Assembly (NCBI RefSeq): GCF_006345805.1
Contig: NC_043007.1
Coordinates: 76,818,001 to 76,882,000 of the forward strand
Reading direction: 5' to 3'
DNA length: 64,000 nt
From: Octopus sinensis
Taxonomy: Eukaryota
Shown: one piece after another, positions 51,745-63,780 of the stretch
Layout: every line of letters begins with the position of its first letter
Position numbering within the stretch: the stretch's first letter is position 1
The notes under the pieces: generated by a model
Database searches by the model: none
What the model saw: the letters and a program-made list of their open reading frames with translations, nothing else
Told to the model about the DNA's origin: nothing
Made by a program: the position numbers and the translations under genes

Positions 51745-53507
51745 ATCTATAAAGCTGAAATGCAAAAAGTTTGTTTGTCTCATTTTGCGATTTGAATAGG
51801 TTAAGGGGCATTAGATGGGGTCAGATTGGATCCAAAATTTACAGGGACATATAAAAAGAGGCGAGGAAGTGAGTGGACTAGGTTAGAAATCCCTATCTCA
51901 AAAGCTGTGGTTACTAGGGCAACAAAGCCCACACTTTGACAAGTGTTTGTCATTTCTCCCTTTCACATATCACCCTCTCTTCCTCCATCTCTCTCTTTCC
52001 TTCATTCCCTCCACTTTCTATAATGACGTTTGACAGCTTCGCCGTCTCTCTATCACTCTTTCTCCCACCACCTCTCTCATTGTACATCTGTCTGTATCTA
52101 TAGATAGAAAGCGTTGACAGCTGCAAAAGATTAAATATTCCTGCCACAGGTCTTTTAGAATGGTGAATTATTACGTTGATACAAATTGGATTTTTATGTG
52201 AAAAGGGGTCTAAATGGGGCTGGAAGGGGATTAAAATTTACAGGAGGGGGTGTTTAGGAATTCTCTGTTACATCAAGCTAAAAAATTTGTGCCAGCCTTT
52301 AAATCGTCAATGTGTTGCTGCCCGTCATGAAGAAGTTTTGAATGCCTGCCATGGTGAGTCTACTGTTGTGAGAAAGAATCACTTCAAAACTTGGTGTTTG
52401 GGAATTTTCTTTTACATCAAGTTCAAAATTTTGCGCCAGCCGTTAAACTGCCAGTACGTTGCTGTCCGTCATTTAGAAGTTTTGAATCCCAGCCATAGTG
52501 AGTCTACTATCCTCAGATTCTATCCCTTCAAATTTTGGTTTTCAATATTTTTTTATTTTTATTCAGCTCGCAAGTTTGTCTGCCCCTTTTAAATGTTAGT
52601 GTTTTGCTGTCCACCTTGAAACAGACTTTTTCGTTGTTACTGCCTGATATTTATGATTGATCTTTCAAAATATTTTCTTTCTCAACTTACTCAAGATCTT
52701 TTGTTCTTTTTAAATGGGAGATAGATAGATAGAGAAAGATAGAGAGTAAGAGAAAGCAAGGGAGAGTCCGAGAGAAAGGAAGAGTAAGAGAGTGGGAATG
52801 TGAGAGAGAAAGGAGAGAGAAACAAAGGGGGAGAATGTGGCGATAAGAAACAGAAAGGAAGCAACAGAAAGTAATAACCACACCCTCACCCATACGTAGA
52901 GTGGCTCACCTTAAGCTAGTATATCTATACATATAAATTTGACATGGATGATTCTTTCTTGTCTTCGGATTCACAGTCAAACGGCTGGGTGGAATTGTGC
53001 GAAAAATTATACAGATGGGTAGAATGATCCAGTGGTGATGGTGGGCTTTGTATTTTTGTCATAGCTTCCATGGTTACCGAGGTAATCTACTATTATAATA
53101 CTCTTGTGTTTATGAATGAGAAAGGAAGGGGTGATGTCATACTTGGTAGTGGGATGATGAAAACTGTATGCTGAAAAAATAAATCAAACAGCGCTTCAAC
53201 TCTGTGTGAATATATGTGTGTGTATGTAAAAGGGGCTATGTGAATGTGTGTGTGTGTGTATGCATGTCCACGTGGAATGGAAGTGGGATGGTTCATCTTT
53301 GTCTGCTTAGTATTTGGGTTTATTTTTTGATTTGGTTGAATCTTGGTTGTTTTTTTTGTTGGTCAGTTATTTTTAGCATTTTGACAGAAGTCATTCTAAA
53401 ATTATTCTTTAATATAAGCGTGCCCAAACAAGTTGAATGCTTACACAGAGCAGGTTTTACAGCCACATCATCAAAACCAGCCGGATGAAATTAGGCTTAG
53501 CTGATAG
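51745..53507 (+). mobile_element. Probable Helitron-type non-autonomous insertions (two adjacent)
   Basis: TCTATA-type starts at ~51746 and ~52924 and a GCTAG|T end at ~52919. The block is absent from the paralogous introns after R8 and R9, and there is an internal ~140-bp tandem duplication at 52250-52510. Confidence 0.45.
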
Positions 53508-53527
53508 TGTATATATATATATAGATA

Positions 53528-53581
<54 letters not shown>

Positions 53582-53762
53582 TATGTGTGTATATATCATC
53601 ATCATCATCAACATCATCATCATCATCATTTAACATCCATTATCCATGCTGGCATGGATTGGATAGCTTGATGTTAGCTGGAAAGCTGAGGAGCTGCACC
53701 AAATCAAACTGGAGTCTGGTTTGGTATGGTTTCTACAGCTCGATGCCCTTCCTAACGCCAGC

Positions 53763-53800
<38 letters not shown>

Positions 53801-54090
53801 CCTTGTGTAGCCCTAGTTGAATTTGATTGAGGAGATTTACGGTTAAAAACATCCTGGCATGGCCATCCTTTCTATTTTCCTTTTCAGACCACATTATTCA
53901 GTATCCTCATTCTTTTTTAAGACACTGTTTCTAGTCAGGTTATGTGACCATCTAAAGCAATGGTTCTCAAATGGGAGCCTATATAAGATTTTTGGGGATT
54001 CATGAAAAGATTTTGGCTGAGATGTATTTATTACATGAAACAGCTTGATTTCTTTCTCTAATGTTTTACTTGGTTGAACCAACACAAGTT

Positions 54091-56727
54091 CATCATCATC
54101 ATCATCATCGTTTAACATCTGTTTTCCATGCTGGCATGAGTTGGACGGTTTGGCAGGGGACTGGCAAGCCAGGAGGCTGCACCAGGCTCCAATCTGATTT
54201 GGCAGTGTTTCTACAGCTGGATGCCCTTCCTAACACCAACCACCCCGAGAGTGTAGCAAGTGCCTTTTACATGCGACCGGCACAGGAGCCAGTCAGGCAG
54301 CACTGGCATTAGCCGCAACTTCAATTCTCATTTGATTGTGATTTGATTTGAATTCAATTTTGATTTTGATTTTACTTGACTCAATAGGTCTCCTCAAGTG
54401 CGGAATGTCATCTGACGATTCAAAGGTACTTTTTAAATGGGCTGGTTGTGCAAAACTAGTGTAGGCTATGGCTGTCATCTCACTTTACTTGCTGGGTCTG
54501 CTTAATCACAGCCTATCTCCAGAGGTCTCGGTCTCTCATCATTGCCTCTGTGAGACCCACTGTTCGAAGGTCATCCTTCATCCCATGTCTTCCTGTGTCT
54601 CCCTGTACCCCGGGTTCCTTCCACTGTTAGGGAGTGACACTTCTTCATACAGTTCTCCTCATCCATACACAGTACATGACCATACTAGCACAGTCATCTC
54701 TCTTGCACACCACATCTGATGCTTCTTATGTCCAACATTTCTCTCAGGGTGCTTACACTCTATAGTGTGTGTACACTGACTTTACACATCTAGCAGATCA
54801 CACTAGCTTCATTTCTTTCAAGCCTACGCATGTCTTCAGCAGTCACAGTCCATGTTTCACTGCCGCACACCTGCATCATACAATCTCTAAGTGAGAGGCC
54901 CTTTGTCACCAGTAGTGGTAGGAGCTTTCTGAACTTTTGCTAATCTTATACTAGTGGCAACACTCTCTGAGCATCCACCCCCACTACTAACTTGGTCACC
55001 TAGGTAGCAGAAGTTATCAACTACTTCTAGTTTCTCCTCCTGGCATGTGATGGAATCAGTTTTCTGAGCATCTGCAGTGTTTATTGCCCCTGTGCATCTG
55101 CCCTACACAAAAGCTATCTTCCTGGTTAACTGTTGCTGCACCTCTTATGCTTATAATGGATACATCTTATGGAGTTTCTAGCTACACCTTTTCTGCAGAT
55201 CGAGTAGGGCCATCAGCCTGAAGGGGTTTGTAATGTGTTTGCCTTCCTACTTATTAGGACTTTGGCTTTTGCAACACTGACTCTTAGGCCCTTCAATTCT
55301 AAACTTTGCTTCCACACCTGAAATTTCTTCTCTAGTTCTGGTAGTGATTCTGCTATGAGAGCAAGGTCATCAGTGTAGAGGAGCACCCAGGGGCAACCTG
55401 TCTTGAATTCCTCTGTTATTGCCTGGAAGACTATGATGAATAAGAGGGAGCTGAGGGCTGATCCTTGGTTAACCCCTACTTCTACCCAGAATTCTTCATT
55501 ATACTCATTGCCGACCCTTACCTTACTAACGGCATCCCTGTACAGGACCTGTACAGCTCTTATTAACCACTTGTCAATCCCCAGTTTCCACATTGCCCCC
55601 CAGACAAGGGATCGGAGGACTCTGTCAAAGGCTTTCTCCAAGTCAACAAAAGCCAAGTAAAGGGGTTTATCTTTGGCTAGGTATTTCTCCTGCAGTTGCT
55701 GAACCAGGAATATAGCATCAGTGGTGCTTCTACCTGGCACAAAACCAAACTGTGTCTCATCTAAGCAGACTCTCTCCCTAATTAGTTGGGCTATGACCCT
55801 CTCCATGACCTTCACCACCTGATCCAGTAGTTTGACACCACTGTAGTTATTTCTGTCTAAGGCATCACCTTTACCTTTGTAGCAGTTGATTATGGTGCTG
55901 CTACTCCAGTCATTGGGTATGACTCCTTTGTGAACTACCTGGTTTACAATGTGGGCGACTAAGCCATAACACCACTTGATATTTTAAGCATCTCAGCAGT
56001 GATTCCTGATAGACTGGAGGCTTTTCCTGACTTCATATCCTTAATTGCTTTATTTACCAGGGTACTCTCTATTCGGGGAGCTGGACTCTCTACCGGGACA
56101 ACATTTGGCAGGCTCTCCTCCTCCCATTCATTCTCCACATTAGCAACCTTTCATAATGGCTTCTCCTAGCCTCTTTCTTTGCAGAATCATTAAAAACAAG
56201 TGCACCATCATCCATGCAGACACATTTCTCTCCTGTGACATCACAATTTTCGCTCACGCACTGTCTTGCAATCCGAAATACTTCAGTTCCTTGGTCCTCA
56301 CATCGTTGAACTTTGGCAAACTTCTTCTTTTCTGCTTTTCCCTTGTTATGTATACCTGTTTCTCAGCCTCTCTTCTGGCTATCTGGTAGAGTTACCTGCT
56401 ACTCCAACTCTTCCAGGCTTTCCAGGCCTGTTTCTTTGCTCTAAAGGCCTTGTCTACTGTATTATTCCACCACCACATTACTCTAGGTCTGGAAGGGACT
56501 TTGCACCAGCCACAGATTTGGTCTGGGTCGCTCAGTAAGCTATCCTGTAGTAATTTTCAGTTACCCTGTATGTCCAAAGTCTGTAGTTCCTCTTCCTTCT
56601 CATCAAATTTCTCAATGAAGATGTCCCTAAATATTTGAACACATGAAGGGTTCTTTAGCTTCCAAACCCTTCTTTTTTACATTAGTCTGCTTCTTGGCAT
56701 CCTTCTGGCCATGAGTATAAAGTCACT
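54091..56727 (-). mobile_element. 5'-truncated RTE LINE (~2.6 kb)
   Basis: ORF 55213..55818(-) is an RT core and there is a (CAT)n tail at 54091. The flanks CAAGTT|AATG are contiguous in the paralogous intron at ~60103-60112. Confidence 0.9.
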
Positions 56728-57553
56728 AATGTGTGAAAATCAAACTATGAATTTTGAAAGAAGTACCTATAAAATTAGCTTTTAAACATCAAAAGGCTAT
56801 GGGGTGGGGACCAGCAAGCAGAGGTGGAGGTCCACCAGAATAAAGTAATAATCAAAGGGGACCATAGGTGAGAAGTGGTTGAGAATTACTGATGTAGAGG
56901 TTCCCTCATTATATCTTTATGCAACTGCTGTTGTTATTGTTGTTGTTTAGCTCTAGGCCAGTTCTGGTCATGCAGACTTTGATTAAAAGGCATTCCGGTT
57001 GTGGCTATCACACCTTTCTATGTGTTTCAGGCATAATGTCTCAAAGATGATATTACTAGTGTATCCTTTTTTTTTAAAAAAGAAAATGTGTAATTTGAGG
57101 GAGTTGGCTTCTACTTCTGGCAAGTAATGCCTCCAGGTAGGAGCTGTAAATGTCATGGAGATACTGCTTACTTCCTCACTATATCATGAACTACACAGTC
57201 ACAATCCTTATGTGCACACACACGTGTGTGTGTCTGTATTTGTTAGCAATAATCCTGAGACAGAGTGCCTGCAGATAAGTCGTAAATATATTTACAAGCA
57301 TAACCATATATTTAACCTTACTGTAGAATATTTAAACCACCAAGATCTCTTTTCTTAGAATGATTTCAAAAGGAACTCAGCTAAATTTCACCTGGTTGTT
57401 ACCAGCTCATCAACTGTATTAACTTTATCTCTTCTATAAATTTTCACTTGTTTCATTTTTCACAAGTAGCTGTAAACTACTGTTCATCTGTGTTGAATAT
57501 ATCACTTAAACATACACACAAACTGGTTATGACTGTGTTGTTCAATTTTGTAG

Positions 57554-57682
57554 AGCTCTGTTTGTAAGATATGTAAAAATTTTCAAGTTGCTTCAACATC
57601 TGCTCCACCCAAAATGATCAGCGAACTTCAAGAGACCATAGAACCTAGAGAAATTGACATAGACCTTGCTAAACAAGAACAG
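57554..57682 (+). CDS. Repeat-array exon R8, 5'-deleted, using a cryptic acceptor (SSVCKICKNFQVASTSAPPKMISELQETIEPREIDIDLAKQEQ)
   Basis: The normal acceptor is deleted. TTTTGTAG at 57546-57553 gives a 129-nt phase 0-0 open exon ending CAG|GTAGAT. It could alternatively be a pseudo-exon. Confidence 0.55.
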
Positions 57683-57929
57683 GTAGATTAATATTATATT
57701 TTATCTCTATCCAGATAAACGTAGTTATCAAAATTTCTCTGTCATATATCTATATCTATATATATATATATATACATTATCATCATCATCATCATCATTT
57801 AACATCTGTTTTCCATGCTGGCATGGATTGGATAGCTTGATGTGAGCTGACAAGTGGAGGAACTGCACCAAATCAAACTGGAGTCTGATTTGGTATGGTT
57901 TCTATAGCTGGGTGTCCTTCCTAATGCCA

Positions 57930-59812
57930 GAGAGAGGTTTGGAGAGGCCACTATGAAAGGTTGCTCAATAAAGAAAATGAATGTGAGAAAGAGAGTCTGC
58001 CAAATGTCGACCCCACAGAGGGACCAGCTATCTGAGTTGACAGTACCTTGGTAGATAAATCAATTAAGAGTATGAAGACAGGGAAAGCCCCTGGCCCATT
58101 AGGAATCTCTGCAGAGATGCTCAAAATATGTGGTAGTGTCGGTTATAGCCTAGTCACCCGTATAGTTAACCAGGTGATACACGAAGGAGTCATACCCAAT
58201 GACTGGTGTAGCAGCACCATAGACATATGCTACAAAGGTAAAGGTGATGCTTTAGATACAATTAATTACAGAGCTCCTCTCTGCTGACGACCTTGCTCTA
58301 ATTGCAGAGTCAGAACTAGAGGTGAAGTTTCAGGTTTGGAAGCAAGAATTAGAATCGAAGGGCCTTAGAGTCAACCTAGCTAAAACCAAAGTCCTAATAA
58401 GTAGGAAGGCAGACAAACCACAAATCCCTTCTTGTAGATGGCCCTGCTCGATCTGTAGAAAAGGCTTAGGTATAGACTCTATAAGATATACCCAGTGTAA
58501 GCTATGGACACATAAGAGGTGCAACAATATCAAAGGAAGGCTAATTGGGAAGAAAATTTTTGTATGTGGCAGATGCTCAGGAGCAATAAACACTGAAAAT
58601 GTGCAGAGAACAACTTCCACCACATTCCAGGGAGAAAAACTAGAAGTAGTTGATAGCTTCTGTTACCTAGGTGACCAAGTCAGTAGCAGGGAAGGGTGCA
58701 CTGAAAGTGTAGCTGCTAGAATAAGAATAGCCTGGGCAAAATTCAGAGAGCTCTTACCACTGCTGGTGACAAAAGGCCTCTCACTCAGAGTAAAAGGTAG
58801 ACTGTATGACACATGTATACGAACAGCCATGCTACATGGCAGCAAAACATGGGCTGTAACTGCTGAGGTTATGCATAAGCTTGCAAGAAATGAAGCCAGT
58901 ATACTCCGATGGATGTGTAACGTCAGTGTGCATACTCGATAGAGTGTAAGTACCTTGAGAGAAAAGTTGGACCTAAGAAGCATCAGATGTGGTGTGCAAG
59001 AGAGATTACTGTGCTGGTATGGTCATGTGGTGAGAATGGATGAGGAAAGCTGTGAGAAAAAGTGCCACACCCTAGCAGTTGAGGGAACCTGTGGAAAAGG
59101 TAGACCCAGGAAGACCTGGGATGAGGTGGTGAAGCACGACCTTCGAACATTAGGCCTCATCGAGGCAATGGCTAATGACTGAGACCTTTTGAAAAATCCT
59201 GTGCTTGAGAAGACCCGGCAAGCCAAGTGAGACCATAACCTGTGGCCTATGCCAGGGATATAACCAGCCCACTTATGCATACCTTTCCTTCATTGGACAC
59301 TAAGCTATGCTTGTGAAGACCTGTTGAGGCAAGTGAAATCGAAGTCAAATTTGATGACTGGCATCTGTGCTAGTAGAACGTTAAGAGCAGCATCCAAGTG
59401 TGATCGTTACCAGAGCAGCTGATTGGTTTCCATGCTGGTGACATGTAGAAAACACAATTTGAGTGTGAACATTACTAACGTTGCCTTTATAGCACTTGTG
59501 CCGGTGGCACATGAAAAAACATTCGAGCGAGGTCATTGCCAGTGCCGCTGGACTGGCTCCTGTGCAGGTGGCACATAAAAAACACCATTTGAATGTGGCT
59601 GTTGCCAGTACCACCTGACTGGGTCTCGTGCCGGTGGCACGTAAAAGCACCTACTACACTCTCAGAGTGGTTGGCGTTAGGAAGGGCATCCACCTGTAGA
59701 AACTCTGCCAGATCAGATTGGAGCTTGGTGCAGCCATCTGGTTCACCAGTCCTCAGTCAAATCGTCCAACCCATGCTAGCATGGAAAGCAGACGTTAAAT
59801 GATGATGATGAG
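57930..59812 (+). mobile_element. RTE LINE with internal RT deletion, through 3' UTR and (GAT)n tail
   Basis: KTGKAPGP, NYR fused to LLxADDLAL at ~58270, FCYLGD and GRPRKTWDEVVK. Same family as, and opposite orientation to, the copies at 49783 and 54091. Confidence 0.9.
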
Positions 59813-60997
59813 GAGGAGGAGGATGATGTAGCCCCAGTTGAATTTGATTGAGGAGCTTTATGGTCAAAAACATCCTGGCATGGCCATCCTTTCTGTTTTA
59901 CTTTTCAGATCACATTCAGTATCCTCATTCTTTTTTAAGACACTGTTTCTAGTCAGGTTATGTGACCATCTAGAGCAATGGTTCTCAAATGGGAGCCTAT
60001 ATAAGATTTTGGAGGATTCATGTAAAAATTTTGGCTGAGATGTATTTATTAAATGAAATAGCTTGATTTCTTTCTCTAATGTTTTACTTAGTTGAACCAA
60101 CACAAGTTAATGAGTGAAAATCAAAATAGGAATTTTAAAAGAAGTACCTATAAAATTAGATTTTAAACATCAAAAGGCTAAAGGTTGGGGACCGGCGGGC
60201 AGGGGTGGAGGTCCACCAGAATAAAGTGGTTGTCAAAGGGGACCATAGGTAAAAAGTCGTTGAGAATTACTGATGTAGAGGTTCCCTCATTATATCTTTA
60301 TGCTGCTGCCGTTGTCTTGTTGTTTAGCCCTAGGCCAGACTTTTGATTAAAAGGCATTCCAGTTGTGGCCATCATAACTTTTTATGTGTTTCAAGCATAA
60401 TGTCTCAAAGATGATATTACTAGTGTATCCTTCTTTTTTTTTAAAAAAAAAAGGGGAATTTGAGGGAGTTGGCTTCTACTTCTGGCAAGTAATGCCTCCA
60501 GGTAGGAGCTGTAAATGTCATGGACATTCCTCTTACTTCTTAATTATACCATGAACAACACAGTCACAATCGAAATGCATACACATGTGTGTGTGTATTT
60601 ATTAGCTATAGTCAGAGTGCCTACAGATAAGTTGTAAATATATTTAAATGTATAGCTATATGTTTAATCTCCCTGTGGAATATTTAAACCACTAAGATCT
60701 CTTTTTATAGAATGATTTCAAAGGGAACTAAATTAAATTTCATCTGGTTGTTATCAGCTCATCAGCTGCATTTACTTTATCTCTTCTATCAATTGTTACT
60801 TGTCACATTTTTCACAAGTAGCTGTAAATTACTGTTCGCTTGTGTTAAATGTATTGCTTAAATAGTACAAACAAGCTTGTTATGAGAAAGTTGTTCAATT
60901 TTGTAGAGTTCTGTTTGTTAAAATATATTTTTCTAATATCTACATGTAAATTTATATGCATCCCAAGTATAATTTATTTAACTGTTCTTCTTTTTAG

Positions 60998-61159
60998 GAT
61001 ACTGTTGAATATGTAATGGTTGGTAACAAGATGCAAAGATGTAAGATATGTAAACAATTTAAGGTTGCTTCAACATCTGCTTCACCCCAAATGATCAGTG
61101 AACCCCAAGAGACCATAGAACCTAGAGAAATTGATATAGACCTTGCTAAACAGGAACAG
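60998..61159 (+). CDS. Repeat-array exon R9 (DTVEYVMVGNKMQRCKICKQFKVASTSASPQMISEPQETIEPREIDIDLAKQEQ)
   Basis: TTTTTAG|GAT, CAG|GTAGGT, 162 nt, phase 0-0. Confidence 0.85.
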
Positions 61160-62059
61160 GTAGGTTTATATTATATTTTATCTCTTTCTGCAGATATACA
61201 TAGTTATCAAGATCCCTCTCTTTTGTGCTTAGATATATATATATCATCATCATCATCAATTTGCATCTGTTGTCCATGCCAGCCTGTGTTGGACTGTTTG
61301 ATTGGAGGTGGCAAGCTGGGGAGCTGCATCAGACTCCAGTCTGATTTGGCATTGTTTCTACAGTTGGATGCCCTTCCTAGCACCAACCACTATATATATA
61401 AATATATAAATATATATATATATATATATACACGCATATATGTATATATGTTGTTGTGTGGCCTCTGGTTAATTTGATTGAGCAGGTTCATGATGAAAAA
61501 CATCCTAGCGTGACCAAGATACTGTCTCCAGCAGTTCATGCGACCATCTAGAGCAGTTGTTCTCAAACTGGGGTCTGCGGTCCTCTAGGGGACCCAAAGG
61601 GATGCTGAAGTGTTGTGAAAGCAGGTGGCTTGTGACAGTTAAGTTAAAAAATTTCAAGACTTCCAATTTTTCACATGCTATCATACTTTTTTGTAGGAGC
61701 TGTAAATGTCATGGATACTCCTCTTATTTCCCAACTATATCATGAAATGCACACACATACACACACACACACACACGCATGCATGTGTGTATTTATTAGT
61801 AATAGTCTTGGGACAGAGTGCCTTCAGATAAGTTGTAAATATATTTACATGTATAGCCATATATTTAACCGTGTTGTGGAATGTTTAAACCACCAAGATC
61901 TCTTTTTGTTGAATGATTTAAAGAACTCAAGTAAATTTCACCTGGTTGCTACCAGCTCATCAACTGTATTAACTTTATCTTTTCTAGCAATTGTTACTTG
62001 TCTCACTTTTCACAAGTAACTGTAAACTATTGTTTCGTTGTATTGAATGTAGTGCTTCT

Positions 62060-62270
62060 CCCTTTTGATACTAATCTGCATGAAATTGCTTCTGGCTCTG
62101 TAGTACAAATGTCTCGTTTTCAAAAGTTCTGAATTAAAATCTTCCACCAAACCTTTGTCATAATTTATGTTACTAACACTAAGTTACTTTACTAAATTCT
62201 TTGTTATATTTAGAATTAATTGAAAGAAATACAGAGCATCTCAACAGAAATATGATAACAAAAGAATTAA
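62060..62270. mobile_element. Degenerate copy of the piggyBac-like MITE
   Basis: Homologous to 13492-13712. It sits where paralogous introns have an empty CTTAAACATACAC site. Confidence 0.75.
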
Positions 62271-62405
62271 GCATACACACAAACTGGTTATGAGAAAGTT
62301 GTTAAATTTTGTAGAGTTCTGTTCGTTTAACTATATTTTTCTAATATCTACATGTAAATTTATATGCATCCCAAGTATAATTCATTTAACTGTTCTTCTT
62401 TTTAG

Positions 62406-62567
62406 GATACTGTTGAATATTTAGTGACTGGTAACAAGATGCAAAGATGTAAGATATGTAAACAATTTAAGGTTGCTTCAACATCTGCTTCACCCAAAAT
62501 GATCAGTGGACCCCAAGAGACCAGACAACTTGGAGAAATTGATATAGACCTTTCTAAACAAGAACAG
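62406..62567 (+). CDS. Repeat-array exon R10 (DTVEYLVTGNKMQRCKICKQFKVASTSASPKMISGPQETRQLGEIDIDLSKQEQ)
   Basis: TTTTTAG|GAT, CAG|GTAGGT, 162 nt, phase 0-0. Confidence 0.85.
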
Positions 62568-62739
62568 GTAGGTTTATATCATATTTTATCTCTATCCAGA
62601 TTAACGTTGTCATCAAGATCTCTTTCTTGTGTATGCATGTATATATATGCACCAAAAACCAAGGAACCATTTTTTAGGTATTCTGGGCCTAAAACAGGGG
62701 ACTCGATGGCATCAACCAAATGTGAGATCCCAAAGATTA

Positions 62740-63780
62740 GAAATATCTTGCATAAAACCCTGTCAAGCTAACAAACCAAATTTCTCTCATAAGGACTGAA
62801 GTTCACCCCAACACCACAAAAGTTGAATTTAAATGAGATGCAGAACAATGTCCAGGAATTCTATAGAAAACTTTGAGTCACTGAAGAAGTATTTGATAAA
62901 GAAATTAATGATCATTCAATACTTCATAATAAAACCAACTATAATCTGACAAAAGGGAGAAACCAAACTCTGGATAAACTTCATGATTTGGTATCCAATT
63001 TCCCCTATAATTTACTCCCTCATTGGAAATTGAAAACAAATACAAGCTGAGAAGAATGGGAAATCATTAATGATCTCAAGGATGATTATAATATGGTTAT
63101 CAAACAAGCTGATAAAGGGAGTTCTGTAGTCATCATGGACAAGGACAATACATAAACACTACCCTAACCCTCCTTCAAGACAATACCTACTACAAAAAAA
63201 TCAACAGTCAATCTAAAATAATGACAAAGTTTACTACCCTCATCTATCAGTTCCAACAATATTTAATGGAAAAGAAAAATTTGACTGCAAACCCAGCAAC
63301 TTTTATGGACTTCCAAAAATCCACAAGAATGAAGCCATAAATGAAGCATGTAGCAGATATACTTCTTTAGTCATTAATATTCCACATCCAAGAGATCTCA
63401 AAGTGAAGCCAGTTGTGGCTGGTCTGTCCTGTGAGATACACAAACTGAGTAACTTCATTGACATCCTCCTAAAACCTATTCTTCAACATATGCTGAGCCT
63501 CACAAGAGATGACCTGAACTTTTTAAACCATATCCTGAACAAAACCAGCATAAACTCTCCTTTGGTCTCATTCAACATAATAAATCTCTACACCTCAATT
63601 CCTCATCAATACAGAATAGAAGCTATATAATTTTGGATGGAAAAATTCCCAAAGGATCCTGACCTAATTGGAAAAGGATTTATCATTGTGAAACTGAAAT
63701 TCATCCTAACTTCTTTAATTTCAATGAAAACACCCAAAGACAAAAATCTGTAACTGCAATCCAAATCTGATTTAAAAAAA
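62740..63780 (+). mobile_element. Decayed Penelope-like RT fragment
   Basis: GLKFTPTP, IKQADKGSSVVIMDK, FYGLPKIHK and LVSFNIINLYTSIP motifs in broken frames. Confidence 0.8.

Noticed and set aside
49783-59812. RT ORFs as an active retroelement or a domesticated RT system linked to the array
   Set aside because: All copies are truncated with stops, frameshifts or deletions, and they are unit-specific insertions that postdate the duplications.
33913-62567. CRISPR-like or prokaryotic repeat-spacer interpretation of the recurring units
   Set aside because: The units are 120-162-nt open frames bounded by AG/GT splice signals with kb-scale TE-filled spacing. There are no cas genes, and the DNA is eukaryotic.
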